Assembly: GCA_964016885.1 (NCBI GenBank)
Contig: OZ024748.1
Span: 18,662,001-18,726,000, forward strand
From: Eledone cirrhosa
Lineage: Eukaryota
Direction: 5' to 3'
Length of the DNA: 64,000 nucleotides
The notes under the pieces are model-generated. The model saw only the letters and a list, made by a program, of their open reading frames with translations. It searched no databases and was not told the DNA's origin. Positions 11,218-24,890 of this stretch are shown piece by piece. The first letter of the stretch is position 1. Every line of letters starts with the position of its first letter. The translations under genes were made by a program, and so were the position numbers.

Positions 11218-11316
11218 ACCACAGAATCAGGCCTGGCACTTCATTAGATTGTTTACACATGAGATATCTCTGAAAGCCGGCCAGTTCAAATATTTGGAAT
11301 ACATTAATTATATGAG
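11218..11316 (+). CDS. Candidate upstream exon of the RhoGAP gene (99 nt, phase 2-2)
   Basis: T-rich acceptor ...gtttgtttacacgtag, donor ATGAG|gtaaag; open frame PQNQAWHFIRLFTHEISLKAGQFKYLEYINYM; donor phase matches the 51285 acceptor (gives MRSLNVHP...); unique sequence amid repeats. Confidence 0.4.
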
Positions 11317-12561
11317 GTAAAGAGATCAATACTGCTCAAAAGTAAATCTCTGTATTACTTACTTCCACAGCTATCCTTTAGTATTTTCAGCATTTTCTGA
11401 TGCACCGCTAGTTGTGTTTCATAAAGAAATCACTTTTATTATTATTATTATTATTTTTAGTTCCTTCTTTCACTGTTTTTATACAATTACTTGCTACCTG
11501 TCAGTAGCCTGAAGCAAGGGAAGGTAACTAACTGAGTAATTATTTTCAACTACACACATTATCATTATTACTCTTTATGATCTGAGTTTAAATCTTGCCA
11601 AGGTTAACTTTGCCTTTAATCCTTATGGAGTCGATAAAATAAACTATGAGTAGCGCGTTGAGGTTGATTTAATCGATTCCCCCTCCCCCTCTAAAATTGT
11701 TGGCCCTGTGCCTAAATCAGAAACCGTTATTACCCTTTACGTTCTGAGTTTGAAAAAAATGGGTGGTGGATTGGCAGACATATAGTTACATCCCTTTACA
11801 TTCTGAGTTCAAATCCTGCCATGGTTAGCTTTGCCTTTCGTCCTTACAGGGTCGATAAACTAAAGTGCCAGTAATGCAATGGGGGTTGATTTAATCGACT
11901 TTCCCCTTCTCCCCAAATTGTGTTGTTGGTGTCAACATTGGCAGGGTGGAAAATATAATAGTTATATAATTTAAGGGAGATGTGACTGCTATTTCTAACA
12001 GGTCAAACAACCACACAGATGCTACTTCATTGTGTGGTTGCTTTATTGTATAACAGGTAGTATCATGGCTAGGGTGGTAAATATAATAGTTATATTTCAT
12101 TATTTTGACGCATAGAGTTACAACCCTTGCCATTCTGAGTTCAAATCCCGCCGAGGTTAACTTTGCCTTTCATCCTTACGGGGTCGATAAAATAAAGTAC
12201 CAGTAATGCACTGGGTAATTGCTGGCCTTGTGCCAAAAGTAGAAACAATTATATTCTGAGTTTGAATCTCGTTGGGGTCAAATTCACCCTTTATCCTTTC
12301 AGGATTAATAAAGAAAGAACAAGTACTGTATGAGGCGGGGGTGGAGAGCTCAATCTAATTGACCCCAACACCACCAACACCACCACCACTCCAAATATGT
12401 GGCCCTTCTTTGTGCCTGTGTGATAAACCATTACTTCTTTAATCTATTCAGAGACCCAAATTTTATTCTTCCATGTGGCATATATATATGTGTGTGTGTG
12501 TATAAGTATTAGTCTGTTGATTCTACTTGTTTTTGTTATATATATATGTATATATATATAT

Positions 12562-12598
<37 letters not shown>

Positions 12599-12740
12599 TT
12601 TCGTTTCATTTTTTCCGTTTATCGTTTTCGGTGCGCCCGGCCGATTAACTCACTCGATATGCAAATTAGGCTGCTCAGCCGTTAATATGCATAGGCAAAG
12701 TATATGCTTTCAGACATTCAATCATCTGGCAGGAAGGTAT

Positions 12741-12783
12741 ACGTTGCTGACGATAGCTAATAAGCTTGAAACTAGTACAGGGT
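12741..12783 (+). ncRNA. Minimal type I hammerhead ribozyme-like motif
   Basis: acgttg-CTGACGA-t-AGCT-aata-AGCT-t-GAAAC-TA-GTA-cagggt; palindromic stem III ACTAGT; imperfect stem I. Confidence 0.6.
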
Positions 12784-13093
12784 TCTTTTGTCAGTGTTGA
12801 ACAAATGAGCAACGATGGTTGCTAGACACTGTATGGCTTAATTCGGGATGTTTGTTTACAAACACACCGAGCATTATAATAAATGTTCGGTGAATCCATA
12901 CGTACATATATATATATATATGTGCATGTGTGTATATATATATACATACTACTGTACGTCTGTATACATATGTGTATGTACGTATACATACTTATATTTA
13001 AGTAACATCCGTACTAAGAGTGAGAAATGAAATTTCGTTTCATTTTTTCCCTTTATATATATATATATAGTCTGTTGATTCTACTTGTTTTTG

Positions 13094-13094
<1 letters not shown>

Positions 13095-13124
<30 letters not shown>

Positions 13125-13292
13125 ATGTGTGTATATGTATATATATATATGTATATGTATATGTATATATATGTATATGTATATATATATATATGTATAT
13201 GTATATATATATATATGTATATGTATATATATATATATGTATATGTATATATATGTATATGTATATATGTATGTATATATGTATATGTATAT

Positions 13293-13324
<32 letters not shown>

Positions 13325-13369
13325 GTATATGTATATATATATATGTATATGTATATATATATGTATATG

Positions 13370-13400
<31 letters not shown>

Positions 13401-13447
13401 GTATATGTATATATATATATGTATATGTATATATATATATGTATATG

Positions 13448-13532
<85 letters not shown>

Positions 13533-13572
13533 GTATATGTATATGTATATGTATATATGTATATATATATGT

Positions 13573-13614
<42 letters not shown>

Positions 13615-13634
13615 ATATATATGTATATGTATAT

Positions 13635-13666
<32 letters not shown>

Positions 13667-13677
13667 GTATATATATG

Positions 13678-13708
<31 letters not shown>

Positions 13709-13717
13709 GTATATATG

Positions 13718-13766
<49 letters not shown>
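13095..13766. repeat. Compound (TA)n/TATG microsatellite
   Basis: Direct inspection. Confidence 0.95.
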
Positions 13767-13768
<2 letters not shown>

Positions 13769-14927
13769 AATATTCTACTGGAATCTGACCAAAGTAAGCA
13801 ATTCAGTTCCAAAGAAAGGAATGTGGTGGTGGGTGTTGGTGGGGGAAGGAATGAGACTGGGAGGGGAGGTGGGGGAGAAGAAAGTAAACAAATGACAAAT
13901 AAATGGACGAAAACGACCACAACAACATCAACATCAACTACATCACCTCTATTAACCTTTCCTCCATTTGTAAAACAACTTAATGGTACAAGTAGTTACT
14001 GGTGGTGATGATGGTGAAGCTGCTGTTGTGGTTGTGGTGTTGTCGTTGTTGTTGTTGTTGGTGATGGCAATGGTGATAATGATAGCGATGATGATTTTGA
14101 TGCTGGTGGTGGTTATGATGATGATGTTGGTAGTGATAGTACTGATGATGGTGATAGTGATGATAGTGGTGATGATTGAGGTGATGGTAATGATGGTGGT
14201 GATGGTACTGATTGTAATGGTGATAGTGATGATAGTAATGATGATTGTGGTGATGGTAATGATGGTAGTGATAGTGATGATGGTGATAATGATAGTGATG
14301 GTTGTGGTGATGGTAATGATGATGATAGTGGTGATGGTAATGGTAATGATAGTGATAGTAATGATGATGATTGTGGTGATAGTGATGGTGGTGATGATTG
14401 TGGTGATGGTGGTAGAGATATACTTTAGTTTTGTAAAACAGCCAAGAAGTAATTTCCATTTTGGACATCATTGTTTTTATTTTTTTTATTAGTTTTTCTG
14501 TTTTTATTCCTCCTCCTCATCACCTTCTCTTTCTCTCTCTTCCCTCTCATCACCCCTGATCTCTTTCTCTCTCTCTCTCTTCTCTCTCCTTATCTCCCCT
14601 CTCATATCTTTCTCACAACCTTCTTCTCTCCTCTCAGCCTTTCTTTCACTCTCTATCCCCCTATCTCTCTTTTTCATCTCATTCTTTCTCCCTCATCATA
14701 CTACCCCTCCTCTCTCCTTCTCTCGCTCTCTTCTACCCCCCCCCCCCCAATCCTTGAGGTCAAGTTTGCTTTTCATTCTTTCCAGTTTGGGGGTCAATAA
14801 AATAAAGACCAGTCCATTCCAGTCCAGTGTGGTGGATTAATGGAAATGTTAGAGCATTGGACAAGATACCTTGCAATATTTGTACTGGCACTTTACATTA
14901 CGAGTTCAAATTCTGCCAATGTCCTGG

Positions 14928-15535
14928 GCTAGTCACTTGACCATGGGGCCACAACTGATTATTGAAAGCTGCAGTAAGTAGACGAGGACGGGTGGCGGAT
15001 GTCTGCCACTGCAGTCAAATGATGATGATGATGATACTGTCCAGCACATTTTTGTTTTCTGTGTTCAAATTCTACCTAAGGATGGATTCGATTCTCACTG
15101 ATGGCCCGAGCTAAATCCCTGGCCATGGGACCATGGGTCCACAACAGATTATGATAGCTGCAACCAGAGTTGGGTACTGGACTATCTATTACTGTAGTCA
15201 AATGACAATAATGTTGATGATGATATACAGAGCTAATCACCTGGCCATGGAACCACCAGACCATAGCAGATTATGGAAACTGCAACTAGGGTAGGGTACT
15301 GGACTGTCCATCTGTTACTGTGGTCAAATGATGATGATAGGACCACAGGACCACAACAGATTATAGAAGATACAACCAGGGTGGAGTACCAGACTGGGCA
15401 TGTGTTACTATAGTCAACTGATGTTGATGATATTCCACCTAATCTCCTGACCATAGGACCACAAAAGATTATAGAAGCTACAACCAGAGTGGAGTAAGAT
15501 TGTGGCGGTCTGCTACTATAGTTGAAGGATGACAA
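14928..15535 (+). repeat. Degenerate ~100-120-bp tandem repeat, ~5 copies
   Basis: Recurring CCATGG..CCACAACAGATTAT..AAGCTGCAACCAG...ACTGTAGTCAAATGATGAT. Confidence 0.75.
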
Positions 15536-16513
15536 ATAGATGGAACTATGGCTTCATATTTCCTCTACCCCCACCTCCGCCTCCCTTTTAGTCTTTCTCT
15601 CTCTGCTTCACTAGTGAACGGTAATTGTCTCCCCTTGCCACCCCACTCTCCATGTTCAGAGTTCTAGCACCAGGCCTAGTTCTTACTCAACCACAAGTAA
15701 TAATTCCATGACAACATGTAATTTCCTTTGAACCGACATGTATGGGATGGGAAGTGGTGGTGGTGGTGGTGTGGTGGAGGTGTAGTGAGTGATAGTGAGG
15801 GTGTATTGTGGTAGTAGTATAGTATATAGTGTGGTGTAGGTGGTGGTGGTGTATTGTGGTAGTAGTATTGTATATAGTGTTGTGTTGGTGGTGGTGGTGT
15901 ATTGTGGTAGTAGTGTAGTTTGGTGATGGTGGTGGTGTATGGTAGAAATGGTGGGGACATTGTAGTGGTGGTGATGATTGTAGTGTAGTTTGGTGTTGGT
16001 GGTGTAGTATAATATGTTGATGGTGTGTGGTGGTGGTTTTTGGTTGGTAGGGACATGGTGGCCGTAGTGCAGTGGTGGTGGTGGTGTGGTAATGGTGGTG
16101 GTGGTGGTGGGGGGGGGGGGGGGGGGGGGTAGTGGTGGTAGTGCAGTGGTGGTGGCTCAAGGAAAACCACTTGAAAACAAATATAAATAATTTTACTGAT
16201 TTATTTCCTTTCCTTTTATTTTTTTGCTTTTAATTTCTTTTATTTATTTTTTCCTTGTGGTTTTTATTTTAACTGTTGAAATTCTAATTTGAAGACATCA
16301 TGGGATGTGTAACTTGGTTAAAGTGATTTATGCACACCCATATACACACACACGCATGCACACCCATATACACACACACGGACACCCATACACACACACA
16401 CACATATATGTGTGTGTGTATGTAATGCTAGTGAGATAGATAGATAGATATGTGAGATGGAGAGAGATAAGGTAGATAGATATAGTTTGAGGGAAATAGT
16501 GAGAGATAAATAT

Positions 16514-17160
16514 ATTTCTTTATTTGCCACAAGGGCGCACAAGAAAAGAGGACAATACAAAGACATGCAGGGATTTTACATACAATCATGTAAAAAATAT
16601 AAAACAAACAATTACAACAATCGAAATCCCCAATAGTGGGGAAGCACCACAAATGGGTTGTTTAATACCCCGTCGATAGAACAACCCTCAATTTCAGGAG
16701 CGTGTTGTGCAAGTGCTCCTTTCTTCCTTTTGTTCTCTTTTTTAACCTACAGGCTTATAAACAGAGAAGGCCCAATCACTCAGGCCATTTTCGCTTCATT
16801 CACCCACCTTTCAGTAAATTTACTGGGGTGCAGTGCCTCTCTCTCCACTCTGATTCTCCTTCTAAAGTGATACTTAAAGAAGGGAATCAATTGTTGTCCG
16901 GAGAGAAAGGCATCTGTCCTCAGTCCTCTCAATCTTGTCCACCATATAACTTCTTTCACCATAGCCACCGTACAGAGGAAAACCACCTCTCTTTCGTTTT
17001 TGAAAGAGGCTGGCGGTTTCATCCTTACTATGGACTCGGCAGCACTTGTTCTGCATAGTTCCACAGGTCGGTTACGCCCGGACAGTGTATAATTGCGTGC
17101 AGGACGGTTTCAATGTCCTGCGCGCATCTTGGGCACATCCTCTTGGAAGGATCCCTGCCG
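16514..17160 (-). mobile_element. 5'-truncated, decayed Tx1-like LINE of a related family
   Basis: ORF 16780-17064 (ESIVRMKPP...WWTRLRGL...FFKYHFRRRIRVE...RWVNEAKMA) aligns with the ORF2 C-terminus (ESIVRIAPP...WWTRLKGL...FFKFHLKRKIRVE...RWVREARMA); same terminal CCCTTGTGGnnAATAAAGAAAT. Confidence 0.9.
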
Positions 17161-18121
17161 GGGCAGACAGATGGTGTGAGGGAGAGAAAGATAGAGTGAA
17201 ATAGATATTTATAAATAGCGAGAGAGTGAGAGAGACATTTTGATAGTGCGCGGTTTGTTGAAGACCTATAACCAACTCTTGTTTACAAGATACAGCATGA
17301 TATATATATAATCATGTAGATAGATAGGTATATTTGTTTTGACTAAATGTGTAATAACTCTAGTGATTTCATATATAATCTACGTTTATTGTTGTTTGAT
17401 GTTAAGTTTGCATATATTATGTTATGTAAGCATTGTGTATAGACTGATATTTATGTACACATTGTGTATAATTTGATTATGAGGTATCTGAGATTTCCAA
17501 AGACAGAATAAATACACTTGATGGTAATTCTATCATCGTCATCATCATCATCATCATCATCATTGTTTAATGTCTATTCTCCATGTTTATATGGGTTGTC
17601 CTATTATGAGGCTAGACATGCCATGCTCGTATGCTCTATTTTGGGCTTGGTTTTCTATGCTTGGATGCCCTTCTTAATGCCTGCCACATTGCAGTGTGTA
17701 CTGGAAGCTTTTTCGATGGCACCAGGGTGGACTAGGTGTTTTTTGTTGTTGCACCAGCACTACCACTTTTCAGGGTGGACTGGATGCTTTTTGTTGTGGC
17801 ACAAGTGCAACCACCTTACAGAGTGGTGGATGACAGTTAACATATATGTAATGTATACAGCTACAGTTAATGACGGTGGTTTGGCAGAATCGGTAGAGCA
17901 TCAGATAAAATGCTTTGTGTTATTTGTTCTAATTTTTTATATTCTGAGGTCAACATTGCCTTTCATCCTTTCGCAGGTGGGGGGGGGGGTCGATAAAATA
18001 AAGTACGAGTCAAGTACTGGGGTCAGTTTAACCAGCTTTCCATTCCTCCTTCTCCCCTCAAATTGCTGGCCTTGTACTTAAATTAGAGACCATTTTATAA
18101 CAATGACAGTTAACATATCTG

Positions 18122-18464
18122 TAATAGGCTAATCCCTCCTTTGATCACAAATGACCATGGGATTTATGCCTAGAAAGTTCCCCCTCCGAGGCACAAGTCC
18201 GGCCAAAGTTTGTTTGTGGAAGACCAGCAGTTAGCCAAGCATACCAGCCTCCTCTCTCCATGCCACAGATGATGTCCAAGGGAAAGGCAATGGCTGACAG
18301 ACCTTGGCAACAGTGGAGTCACAACTCCTACAGCTGAGCAAACAGGAGCAACGTGAAATAAAGTGTCTTGCTCAAGGACACAGTGCATCACCCGGTGCAA
18401 GAATCAAACTCAGAACGTCACAATTGCAAGCTCAATGCTCTAACCTCTAAGCCATGCACCTTCA
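18122..18464 (-). mobile_element. tRNA-derived SINE (family B; also 56908-57050 + and 63133-63325 +)
   Basis: Head TGGCTTAGxGGTTAGAGC...GAGTTxxATT, then CCTTGAGCAAGACACTT core. Confidence 0.8.
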
Positions 18465-20362
18465 CTAAACATATATTTAATGTTAACATAATGTTATGTA
18501 TTCTGTAACAATGGTGAGCATTACTTTATACAATCTTAACTATAGTAAAAGAAGGTCTGCGGGATTGCGTCCAGAATATATTTTTTTACTCCGTTTGTAA
18601 AATAAGTTGGATTACTTTGAATATTACATAATTTATGTGCTAAATTTCGTGGCTGTTGATTAAATATATTTTATTGCTTATTTAAAGATCTTTAAAATTC
18701 ACTTCTTTAAAATTATCAAATGTCAACACTTCCTGTTAGCAGCCGTTATATTATAACACTTATAATTGCATATATTTCCGTCGCTAATTTTCTCCTAATG
18801 CAGTTTATATGTAATGTCGTCTTTTTTAAAAATATATCATGGATTACTGATTACAGAAGACAGTGTAACATAGGCTTTGTTCAATTTCTGTGTATATTGT
18901 CAATTACGATTTTATTTGATGTATCATATTTACATGCATATATATTTGTGTATAATATCAATATACACACTACACATGCTAACAGAAAACCACCCGTAGA
19001 GTGGTTTTTCTGCTAGTACTTTATAATGTATTGTATCTGACATATTTAACACACACACACACACACATATAGTGAAAAATTGAACGGGAACAAAACAGAG
19101 AGGCAGTACGAACAAAGGTTTATTAGTTTCACGCTCTTGAGAGTGGAGTGGTGATATATATATATTATGTAATGTTTTATATAACAACACTTCAGTAATA
19201 ACATGAACAATAACAATGGCAGCAACAACAGCAAGGTCTTATCTCTTTGACTACTGGCAGCTGACTAGCTTGTTCTGTTGACTGGACTTTAATTAAATGA
19301 AGACATACACATATGAGCATGTGTGCACACACACAGACATGTGCGTGCACGCATACATTAAATTTTATACATCCACACATCTGTATACACCCACACACAT
19401 ACATACACCCACACACATGCATACACCCACACACACATGTAAGCACCCATATGCATATACATACACCCACACACACATACACCCACACACACATACACAT
19501 ACACCCACACACACATATATATACCACACACACTCACATACACACACTTGGATACATACCAAACACACAGAGACACACTTGGATACAGTTTACCCCCACA
19601 CACACACACACACTTGGATACAGTCCCCCCCCCCCACACACATAACCACATATAGACACTGACAGAAGCACACCACAGAGAGAGAGAGGAAAAGTGTGGT
19701 ATAATAAAATTTAACATATAGATGTAGCTGACAACAACATGTATGACATAACTACATGTGGATGTGATAACATGTGGTAGCAGAGTGAACTTGATTGAAC
19801 TGGCTGGAGAGACATGGATAGATGGACAGATGTTCAAATATAGACTGATAGAGAAAGGAAGAGATAGATAGCTGGATGGATGAATAGAGTGAGATATATA
19901 TAGATACATAGATAGATAGTTAAAAAGATAGAGAGAAATAGGTGGAGTATGTTGGCCTAATGGGCATATGAGTTGTTAATACAAGGAGAGAGAGTTATAT
20001 GACCTAGTGGCTATATCAGCTATTATCTTTATTACAAAAAGACAGAGTCAGACAGAAAGTAGACCTAGTGGCTATACTATATATACAGTAATTACGCCAC
20101 ATGTTTTACTCCCGAAAAAATGTTTTTTTCTCATTTCCTTTCTTTTCCTACTCTTGCTTATCTTTCTATTTCTTTTCTCTCTTGAATTCTATCTTCCGAT
20201 GAAGGACTAGCATCTGAAACATGATGACCCTTTTCCTATTATATGTACTGACGTACCCAGCTTTGCCTGGGCAAACAGATGGTAAGAGAAGTCATGTACA
20301 AAAGGAAACAACTGTATTGGATGTGTTGTCTGGTTTACTGTATGATGCAAGACCGTGGTGTG

Positions 20363-20403
<41 letters not shown>

Positions 20404-20539
20404 CAAAAAACAAAAAAAAAACAGTAAAAATCTTCCAGACGCATCAAATTCTTTGTTTTACTGTTCGAGCCCAGTATATGAAGATTGCTAGGTGTTGCCA
20501 CTCATGTACAACCTACATTTAACTGTCCATGGGTAAAAA

Positions 20540-20690
20540 CTGATTCTCTTATATTCAACCCTACAACTTTGAGACTCTGACCCTTAGCTTTATTTATGGT
20601 CATAGCAAAACTGACTCTGACAGCCGTCCTCCAGGGAAACGCCTTCTCCATTCTGTCCGCTGGGGCTATGGGGAGACAAGTCGATCATAT
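20540..20690 (+). mobile_element. CRE-like (RLE-type) non-LTR retrotransposon 3' remnant
   Basis: YIQPYNFETL ... LTAVLQGNAFSIL resembles the F.P.A.ET.G...RLS.A.QRGNA terminus. Confidence 0.5.
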
Positions 20691-20779
20691 TACAAATTTA
20701 TTACATTACTGTGGGTCTTTTTTATACTCTTTCTCTGTGATATATACATTCTGCTATAGAATATGTATTTAGTATATAT

Positions 20780-20978
20780 ACACAGGGAACTGAAGTCTTG
20801 AGAATTTGAATGGCAGCTCAGTAGAGAAACATACGTGAGGAATCTTGGGAATAAATCCATTTTCTCCTTGATGATTGCCTCCAAGAATAGTGACCTCTAA
20901 GAGATGGTTCATCATCCATCTGACAGTTAAACCATTGCATAGATGTGGTTGGTCCACGTTTCTGGAAATGAGTTCCAA
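20780..20978 (-). pseudogene. Helitron PIF1-like helicase fragment
   Basis: RNVDQPHLCNG...LEVTILGG...FIPKIP...LPFKFSRLQFPV matches the Helitron RepHel RNL.P..LCNGTRL...IPRI...LPF.F.R.QFPV segment. Confidence 0.85.
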
Positions 20979-21559
20979 TCTTTTATATTATATGTAGATA
21001 TAGATATAGGTAATTATATATAGATATGAGAGAGTGACAGATGAGAGAGTGTGACAGATGTGAGAGAGGGTGAAAGATGAGAGGACAACAAATAGGTTAT
21101 AGGCTCTTATTATTTTTTGTGTATTTATTTAAGTGTTCCTTGTTCCAATATAGCCCCTTCCCCACACCCCAAACATTCTTAATCATTTTCTCCAGGTTCA
21201 ATGTCAACCTACTTACTGACATATGAACAAATAGCGGGGAGTGGGGAAGGTTAGAGAAAATGAATGACAGTATGGTTGGGGTTAGGGATGTGAGGAAAAC
21301 CTGCTGATTAATAAAAGTAGCTTTTGCAAGAAAGGAGTTCAAGGTAAGAAAACCACTGATAATAATAGCTATACTATAATTGATCTCTGTAGTTGAAGTT
21401 AATAGCAGATCTATGACTATGCCAGCACACTATCTCTCTTTTCTTCATGCTCCTCTTCTCTCTCTTTCTCTTCCTATAGTAAAGTTGTTAGATCACATAA
21501 GCACTAGATCAACATAAACAATGTTACTATGAGGTTTACAGGACTGGCATAAGGTTTCC

Positions 21560-21830
21560 CTGCTAGTACCAGTTGCATCTCAGCATACTCAATAGTTAAG
21601 GTTATGTATAAATTCCAGAGTAGACAAAGTTATTTGCCTCAATACAACACACGTAAATGGGTACCATAAATTTATACCTGTACTCGAGTTTTGGCCACAC
21701 TTAATGCAACAAGGGAGCCTACAGCATCCACTGTCTGCATACAGGAAATATAAGAAACAGAAAACTCGGAAAAGACGAGCACATGGACAATTCCCGCTCA
21801 TTGGCTGTCTTCTGGGGATCATTATAGTTT
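21560..21830 (-). pseudogene. Possible heavily decayed PLE linker/zinc-finger remnant
   Basis: RRQP, then GCCRLPCCIKC, FTC, and NFVY in an adjacent frame; weak. Confidence 0.3.
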
Positions 21831-22260
21831 TGGAGGATTTAACTGCCTCTGTTTTTATGATACAAAATTGTTTGTTTTAAAGTGTGTATATATATATAGA
21901 GTTACGGCCTTTGGCGCATAGAGTTACGGCCCTTGCCATTCTGAGTTCAAATCCCGCCGAGGTTAACTTTGCCTTTCATCCTTACGGGGTCGATAAAATA
22001 AAGTACCAGTAATGTACTGGGTAATTACTGGCCTTGTGCCAAAAGTAGAAACAATTATATTTCAATAAGTAAGCAATTGAGTTCATTAAAGAACCTGAAT
22101 ATTAAATGTCAATATGGCTAGAAGGAAGATCCATTTAGTTTTACTTATGAGGAAGATGTGGCTCTATGACTTTGACAACCCTTCCAACCCATAACAGTGT
22201 GAAAAGTAGCTGTAAAATGATCACTGGCACACGCATGCACGCACACACACACCCACCCAC

Positions 22261-22294
<34 letters not shown>

Positions 22295-22509
22295 CACAGG
22301 TATGCATTATATATTGGATAAAATTGCTCACTTCTGTATCTGACATTATTCTCCTGTGTACAGGAAAACACTCTTTTGATGTGACTGTGTAGCCATTGTT
22401 AGTTGTTGTTGTAGCCATTGTTATTGTAATGGTCATTGTTATTGTGGTGGTCATTGTTGTGGTTTGTTGTAGTGGTTGTTGTTGTAGTAGTAGCCATTAT
22501 TATTGTAAT

Positions 22510-22850
22510 GGTTGTTGTTTGTGGTAGTCGTTGTTGTTTGTGGTAGTCGTTGTTGTTGTTTGTGGTAGTCATTGTTGTTGTGGTGGTGGTTGTTTGTGGT
22601 AGTCATTGTTGTGGTGGTGGTGGTTGTTTGTGGTAGTCATTGTTGTGGTGGTGGTGGTTGTTTGTGGTAGTCATTGTTGTGGTGGTGGTGGTTGTTTGTG
22701 GTAGTCATTGTGGTGGTGGTGGTGGTTGTTTGTGGTAGTCATTGTGGTGGTGGTGGTTGTTTGTGGTAGTCATTGTGGTGGTGGTGGTTGTTTGTGGTAG
22801 TCATTGTGGTGGTGGTGGTGGTGGTTGTTTGTGGTAGTCATTGTTGTTGT
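22510..22850 (+). repeat. ~31-bp GT-rich minisatellite GTTGTTTGTGGTAGTCATTGTGGTGGTGGTG
   Basis: Tandem array. Confidence 0.85.
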
Positions 22851-23420
22851 AGTGGTCATTCTTATTGTGGTGGTGATGGTTGTTGCTATTGTTATTGCTG
22901 TAGTGCTTGTGGTGGTTGTTGTGGTGGTGGTAGTTGTTATTTATCTGTCTTTGACTCAGCTAGGAGATGGTTGATGTTTTGATGCTACCATTGGTAATGT
23001 CTGGAGTCAATATTAACAGATTTGGTTAGATGGAATTTATCTAGACATCTCTGTGGAGTGTGGCTGCCATCAACATCTTTCATGACATATACCATTTGTA
23101 GGAACAGGTATACACATACTTACACTATTACACTAGTGTGAAGTGGTAAACACACACATAGACCATAATTTGACTTGTATGGGGTGGTATATATATATAT
23201 AAATATAAATTCAGCAAGAATCGCATTTCGGCAGGTAGAAAAAGCGAAACGTAACGCAAATTCCGAGTCATTCTGGCAAGCGCTCCATCGGCTAAAAAGA
23301 CCAGAGCAATAAACATAGATTATAAAGGCCATACAAACTGAGAAGGCGGTTAAGAAGTCATTAACCAACTAAGCCAAAAATCAAGTCAAGCTAAACAGGT
23401 CAGACAAAATAAATGACATA

Positions 23421-23458
<38 letters not shown>

Positions 23459-23512
23459 TATATATATATATATACAATTATATATATATACAATTATATA
23501 TATATATATATA

Positions 23513-23760
23513 TATATATTGGTAAACGGAATAGAAAATGCTGACAAATTGTTCACAGTTGAAAAATGGTTTAATTAGGAATAAAAGAGTATTAGTGATT
23601 GTATGGGTTAGTATTCAGTTGTGGTTTTAAGTTTTTAAAAACTTAAAACCACAACTGAATACTAACCCATACAATCACTAATACTCTTTTATTCCTAATT
23701 AAACCATTTTTCAACTGTGAACAATTTGTCAGCATTTTCTATTCCGTTTACCAATATATA
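23513..23760. repeat. Perfect 248-bp palindrome (124-bp arms, no spacer)
   Basis: Centre AAGTTTTT|AAAAACTT at 23636/23637; arms are exact reverse complements. Confidence 0.95.
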
Positions 23761-24093
23761 ATAACTTGTGTGTTACACCTCTATTCTTTTAACTATATAT
23801 ATATATATATATATACAATTATATATATATATATATTGTTATAATATTCCCAGAAATAGTAATAAAACATACTCACTGTTTGGTTTGGATTAGTTTTCAG
23901 TTCTGTATATTTTATATCCCGATAGTTAATTTAGCTGGTAATCAATGTTTATCATTGATTGACCAACGGTTAAAAGTATAGATATAAATGTATATATATA
24001 TAGTCTATCAAAGTTCTTTCAGCACACACCTGTCACATGACCAGTGGTACTATTATGTTTCCTCCTGTTCTATTCTATTTTTTTTTATATACA

Positions 24094-24131
<38 letters not shown>

Positions 24132-24315
24132 GATAAATCTACCAAGAGTTTACGGTAGTGTCCAATCCGTATGAAGAACTCAATGTATTCCGGATATCAT
24201 GGAAAGAAGAGATGTAATGAAAAATCACTTTCGGTGAAAGATAAACGGTATACAGAGTCAAGATAAAATATTAAACATGTATGTATGTGTATGTATGTAT
24301 ATGTGTGTATATGTG

Positions 24316-24376
<61 letters not shown>

Positions 24377-24647
24377 GTATCTCTATATGTATATGTATAT
24401 AGGTATATACCTTTTTCTTTGTATGTCTGAGTTGTGTGAGAGTGTAGTGGTGTTTGTATGTATATACCGATATATGGATGCGTAAGTATTTGTGTGTATG
24501 TATGTATGTATATCTGTATGAATTTGCGTCTATATATAGGTATGTATGTGTATATCTGTATGTATATAAGTATGTATGTGTATGTATATGTGCGTGTATG
24601 TGTGTATATATATGTGTGTCTATATAGTATGTGTGATTATATGTGTA

Positions 24648-24704
<57 letters not shown>

Positions 24705-24808
24705 GTATGTGTGTATATGTGTGTATGTGTGTATATGTATATGTTTATATATGTGTGTGTATGTATGTTCTAAGTGTGGATGTGTGTATATGTATGTGTG
24801 TGTTTATA

Positions 24809-24890
<82 letters not shown>

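Noticed and set aside
12659-12666. Octamer ATGCAAAT and nearby CpGs as the host gene promoter
   Set aside because: It lies inside a hammerhead-bearing repeat-like cassette; a single 8-mer is insufficient evidence.
13765-13799. ATG...AAA|gtaagc possible mini-exon
   Set aside because: The ATG frame stops after 7 codons and no acceptor is visible upstream in the TA tract.
20196-20225. CCGATGA-agga...tct-GAAAC hammerhead-like motif as a functional ribozyme
   Set aside because: Core U4 is mutated and there is no clear stem III, NUH or stem I; counted only as a decayed relic.
23190-23410. CpG-containing island between TA tracts with GAAACGTA
   Set aside because: No upstream CUGANGA box and no recognisable protein motif; probably an unassigned transposon scrap.
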